This document shows, piece by piece, positions 59,976 to 64,000 of a stretch of DNA of 64,000 bases. Source of the DNA: Raillietiella orientalis (taxonomy: Eukaryota); contig JAYWIR010000009.1 of assembly GCA_036172245.1 (NCBI GenBank), forward strand, positions 2,914,001-2,978,000. Reading direction: 5' to 3'. A program made the position numbers and the translations under genes. The notes beneath the pieces were generated by a model. The model saw only the letters and a program-made list of their open reading frames with translations. It was not told the DNA's origin and ran no database searches. The stretch's first letter is position 1. Each line of letters opens with the position of its first letter.

Positions 59976-61104
59976 ATCCTACTTTGAAGAATTAAACACA
60001 ACCTCGGGTGGCGGGGAGCAGCGTCGAAGCTGCGTGAGCCACCAGGCGCGCGATGGCCCTTGAGGTACTCAGAGAACCAAAAACAAAAATGTAAGGAAAA
60101 CAGCGAAGACAGAAAGAAACCCGAAATGGATTTCCATCATGGATTTCAAAGTAGTTGAAGCACCGTGTGGCCAGATGAGCTCTTCGTCTTGTCCTGCTCC
60201 CTGAACGCAGACGTCCGTTGTCCAGATGTAGACGTCGATCCCACCCCCTGAATCGAGGTGGACGGGCTTTTCGAAGGGCCCACAGAAAAGGAAACCGCTT
60301 TCGACAAGTGTCCTTGGAGCCACTGCGCTCCACGGACACAACGGCGGGCAGCGGGGAAGCAGGAAGCAGGATGGGATGTTCGCAGAGACGCCACCAGGAG
60401 TGCTTAGGCGGAAGGCGCTCCTCCAGGTGTCGAGTCGCGGCCTCTGGTCGTCAGCACTTTCTCAAGGGGATCGACTCCACGAGAGGCAAACGGATCACGA
60501 GTCAACGGGTCCCCCGCACAGCCTGCGACCGCGAGAAGCCAGGTGCGCGGCAGTTGTACGGGCCCAGCATTCCCCCGGTGATCGCGAGAGAAGACGGGGA
60601 GTTTCTCCTTTCGAGAGAGGTGTCCCCCCCATTCCGAAGAATTCACTATGCCTGCCACTGTAGGTCAGCTACCTCCGGGAAAAGGCGGGAAGAGAGCTCG
60701 ACTGAGAGGACCCGTATTGAGTCTTCAAGAAACCGCAGCAGTTCCTGTCGATGACAGAAGAAGACGCTCGACGAGCTTCAAACGACGAGGCATCGCAGGT
60801 CAACACTGCAGCCCGCGCTGAAGAAGAATCTTCGGCCATCCAGAAGCAACCGAAGTTCCGTCTGACTGAGGATGTTTCCGGAGCCAGAGATTGCAGCTGC
60901 TCTCTGTGTCGCAGACACGTTGGTTTGGACGCGATAGACCGCTGCAAGGCCGTGGGGTGGGCAAGCGCGGCCTTCTCGTAAGCGGGATACGCGCTCGCAG
61001 ATCGGGGAAAGGTCACGCCCTACAGTTGAACAGAACTTTGTCACCGGGATGCTCTTCATTTTTCGGAACCATAGGAATTCGTACTCACAATTCAAGAAAG
61101 ACAG

Positions 61105-61950
61105 TCCACAAAGAATTTACCCACTCCGGGATGGTGGGTGACCCTACCGCACGTGCTTTCGGAATGCTCCAAAGACTGCAGTAGGGATGGAGGCGCATCT
61201 TTGTAGGCACTTCGGTTCTTCCTCATAGGACTGCTGGAAGGACTGCCCATAGGACTACATGCTGCCTGACCATAGGACCTGTTGAAAAACAGGTCTTCTT
61301 CTCCAGGCTCCTCAGTTGTCTCCTCTGCCTCGCAGGAGCGACGGTGAACCGCTCGCGACGGAGGGAGGTGGTGACCACCGTCCCGGAAAGAGCCCTTGGT
61401 GGCAGTTGCCAGCTCCTGCATCCAAGGGCAATGAGGCAGGACTTGCAGCCAACTGGTGGGACGAGGGGCGCAGGGGGTCCTCAGAAAGATGGCGGGACTA
61501 CTGGCCACGGACTAGGGGGCAGCAACCACCTCCCTGCCTTTGCTCTCCTCTGCCCAGTGCAGACCCTTGAGAATCGGGGTCATCGCCGTGAGGTGGGTCT
61601 ATTCCATCCCCTATTTTTGCATTTGTTCATCGTCCTACTTTCTCCTCCCCTTATTCTGTCCTCGTCGAGGAGGGAAAGCCATCCCTTCTCGTTATCAGAG
61701 ATTTTTAAATTGGCCACCGTCCATCTGTCCATGAGATCTGACGAGCGTTACATGGGGAGCCAGGGTCCAACGTCCACAGGCGCAGCTGCAGCAGCAGTGG
61801 GCAAGAACGCACGGAAGTTGTGAGAGCAGATGCCCGGAGGGCCCTTTGCCTTTGTCTGCAGCATTATGGAAATGCCTTGGAGAGGTGAGAGACCGAACCG
61901 GAAGTCGTCCTCCATCCCAGGGGGGTGATCTTTCCCAGCGATGCGACCGT
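61105..61950 (+). repeat. Near-identical inverted copy of 15690-16550 (APE-region fragment)
   Basis: ORFs 61092..61508(-) and 16146..16892(+), and 61344..61823(+) and 15945..16310(-), differ at only a few residues over their shared lengths. Confidence 0.92.
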
Positions 61951-62399
61951 GTGGTCCTTCCTATTCTGCCCCCAGTGAGGAGGGCAAACCCCTCCGTTTC
62001 GGGCCAGCACACGTTGGTTCTTCATGAATTTCATTTATGCTTGTTTTTAAAACAAGTGACCCGAGCCCATAGCAGGGTCTCCGAGAGAGCAGCGCTTACT
62101 AGAAGCAGCATGGACTGGGTGTCATGGGGTCCTTCGCATCCTCAGTCAACGTGAAAGTGCTCCGACCTCTGCAGACATCCCACTCTCCGATGAGCGTCTG
62201 GTTCCTTCAAGCAAGAGCTCACGGAGCTGCATGCAGATGGGGGAGAGGAATTTCTCCGCATCGTGGGCATCCTCTGTACGTACGAGGAGGGAAAGAAGGA
62301 GGGAGGGAAGGCGACCGCATGTGCAGGAGGCATGCAGAGAGCCCCCGCAGCGCGCGATGAGCCACTGCACGATCGGCAGCGGCTCGCAAACGCCACTAC

Positions 62400-63130
62400 G
62401 AGGCGGTGCAGGCGCGCAGGAGAACGGCGGTGGCACTCCGGGGACGAAAAGGCTGCCATGCAGCTAGACTACCCCCCGTAGAGGGCTCTGGACTCCGACT
62501 AGACCTGGCACCACAGGGAAAAAAGCCAGTGGCGGCACCCGACGTCGCCCGTCCCTCCCCCAGGGACGTGGCCAAACGCCTTTTCCAACTCGAGATACCG
62601 CGCGGCCAGCCTAGTCGTCAGCAGCCACTTCGCGCTTTCCCGGGGTTGTGGCGGCCGACGAAAGAGGCCGCAGCGAAATCAGGGATGCTGTTCGCTCTCC
62701 TCCATCCGCTTCCTGAGGATGACAACAAGGTGGTTCCAAGGTCAGGTGGAAAGGCGGAAGGTCCGCTGATCCTTGAAAGTATCAGAGAACGCCGGACAAC
62801 AGTCGGTGGTCCCCATCCGCACACTCGAGGTTTCCCATTTATTTTCAGTTTGTCTTCCTCCTCCTCTCTCTTGCCAAAGTGAACCTCGCCAGTCTGCGCA
62901 TCGGCATCATGGCAAGTTTCAAGTTTATTTGAACGTGGCAGGACCCCCACATTTCCATCAGTGGAACTTGGAAAGAGGAAGAATGGGCAACGCCACCGAT
63001 GATCATTCTTCGCTCCTCCCCCCAGGTGCTAATTCGGGCCGCAGCTTTTGTTTTTGGACCGATAGCATTTTCGTACTCCGCACGTTTGTTTGTGTATTTA
63101 CATAAAATAGGTACCCTCCGTGACCGGGTC
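62400..63130 (+). mobile_element. Diverged Tx1-like 3' end, copy H
   Basis: RDVAKRLF, TTRW, the 3' UTR motif tgccaaagtgaacctcgcc...ggc..tggcaagtttc (62872-62920) and terminal gtgaccggg. Confidence 0.55.
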
Positions 63131-63639
63131 AAGTGGCATCCGATACCGAAGGTGCACTCTGAATGCTGGCCTGACCTTGGGCTTCACGCTCTGGGGGCAA
63201 AGAGAGGTCACGCGTCCAGGTCGGAAGACCTGGTGGTCCCGCGTCGGGGTGGCAGTCTTGGTGTCCCGACTCTTGGACGAGTGGAGCATCAGTCCCACCG
63301 AAGACCTGCCCCAGAGGTGATGCCATGGGATAGCCTCGTGGAATGTAGCGCCTCCTCCCCTCCGAGGGAGCGACCAGCTACGAGACGGACCGACGTGGCT
63401 CTTCCTCAGCAGCCACCACACGCTCCCCACTGCGAAGGGAGGGAGGGTATTAGCTTCGGTTGCCCTGGTAAAGGAACTTCTGGAGGAACTTCTGGACCCC
63501 CTACCACTCCGCGAGCTGCAGTGTCCGGTTTCAGGGAACAGTCGGCGTCCGAAGAGCAGCCGGGGCAACGCGCGCGGCCTGCATCCATTCCAGGAACGCT
63601 CTTCGTCCGTCTCAGGAGACCCCGATGACTTCGGGAACC

Positions 63640-63970
63640 CCTAAAAGGAAGTCCTGGGCAGTGGCACACCACCAGCAAGGTGATATGCGACCTATACCCT
63701 TTTGGCAGACACGATCCGAATGTCCCATCCAAGCGGGTGTTCCGCTGGCCAGAGCATCCGGGCATCCCGCTCGAGGTGCTTCGATTGCCTGAGGGATATC
63801 CCTCCCCCTTTCTCAAAGCTGCAGGATTCTGATGTTGCGTATAGTCTGATGTACCCAGAGAGACCTGGAAGTGGATGTTCTAGAGGCCAGTAATGACTAT
63901 GCGCGACGGCGAACAGTTTCCATTCAATGGCGACTCCCACAAGATGCGACTGTTTCGCTACGCGCAAACC
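63640..63970 (-). mobile_element. Decayed Gypsy-like RT fragment
   Basis: VAIEWKLF..HPLPGL (xCxDYRxLN...PxP) and TRLDGTFGSCLPKGY (TxxGxYEFxxxPFGL). Confidence 0.45.
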
Positions 63971-64000
63971 ATGAATGGAAGATTCACCAGCAGAACGCGA

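Overview
GC-rich eukaryotic DNA, most likely from an arthropod (invertebrate-type H2B N-terminus, AAAG-type U2 sequence, sns/nephrin-like gene). The first ~6 kb holds a frameshifted histone H2B pseudogene on the minus strand. It also holds the intact 3' exons of a nephrin/sticks-and-stones-family gene on the plus strand: last Ig domain, FN3, TM and a cytoplasmic tail ending ELEGHLV*. This gene has two homologous, phase-compatible transmembrane exons only 31 nt apart, which predicts mutually exclusive TM splicing. The remaining ~57 kb is a dense, two-stranded graveyard of decayed, nested retroelements separated by polypyrimidine/polypurine tracts. These are mostly L1/Tx1-type APE-RT-zf fragments, with some NeSL/Utopia-like RLE fragments and Gypsy RT/integrase fragments. 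Notable details within it are (i) a conserved, covarying pseudoknot-plus-hairpin motif in the 3' UTR of 5 diverged Tx1-like copies, two more keeping only the terminal hairpin, (ii) a perfect 37-nt U2 snRNA 5' fragment, (iii) two inverted duplications of unusually high identity, and (iv) 19-bp, 39-bp and 84-bp tandem repeats. TE calls rest on degenerate motifs recognised by eye and their coordinates are approximate; no database search was run.
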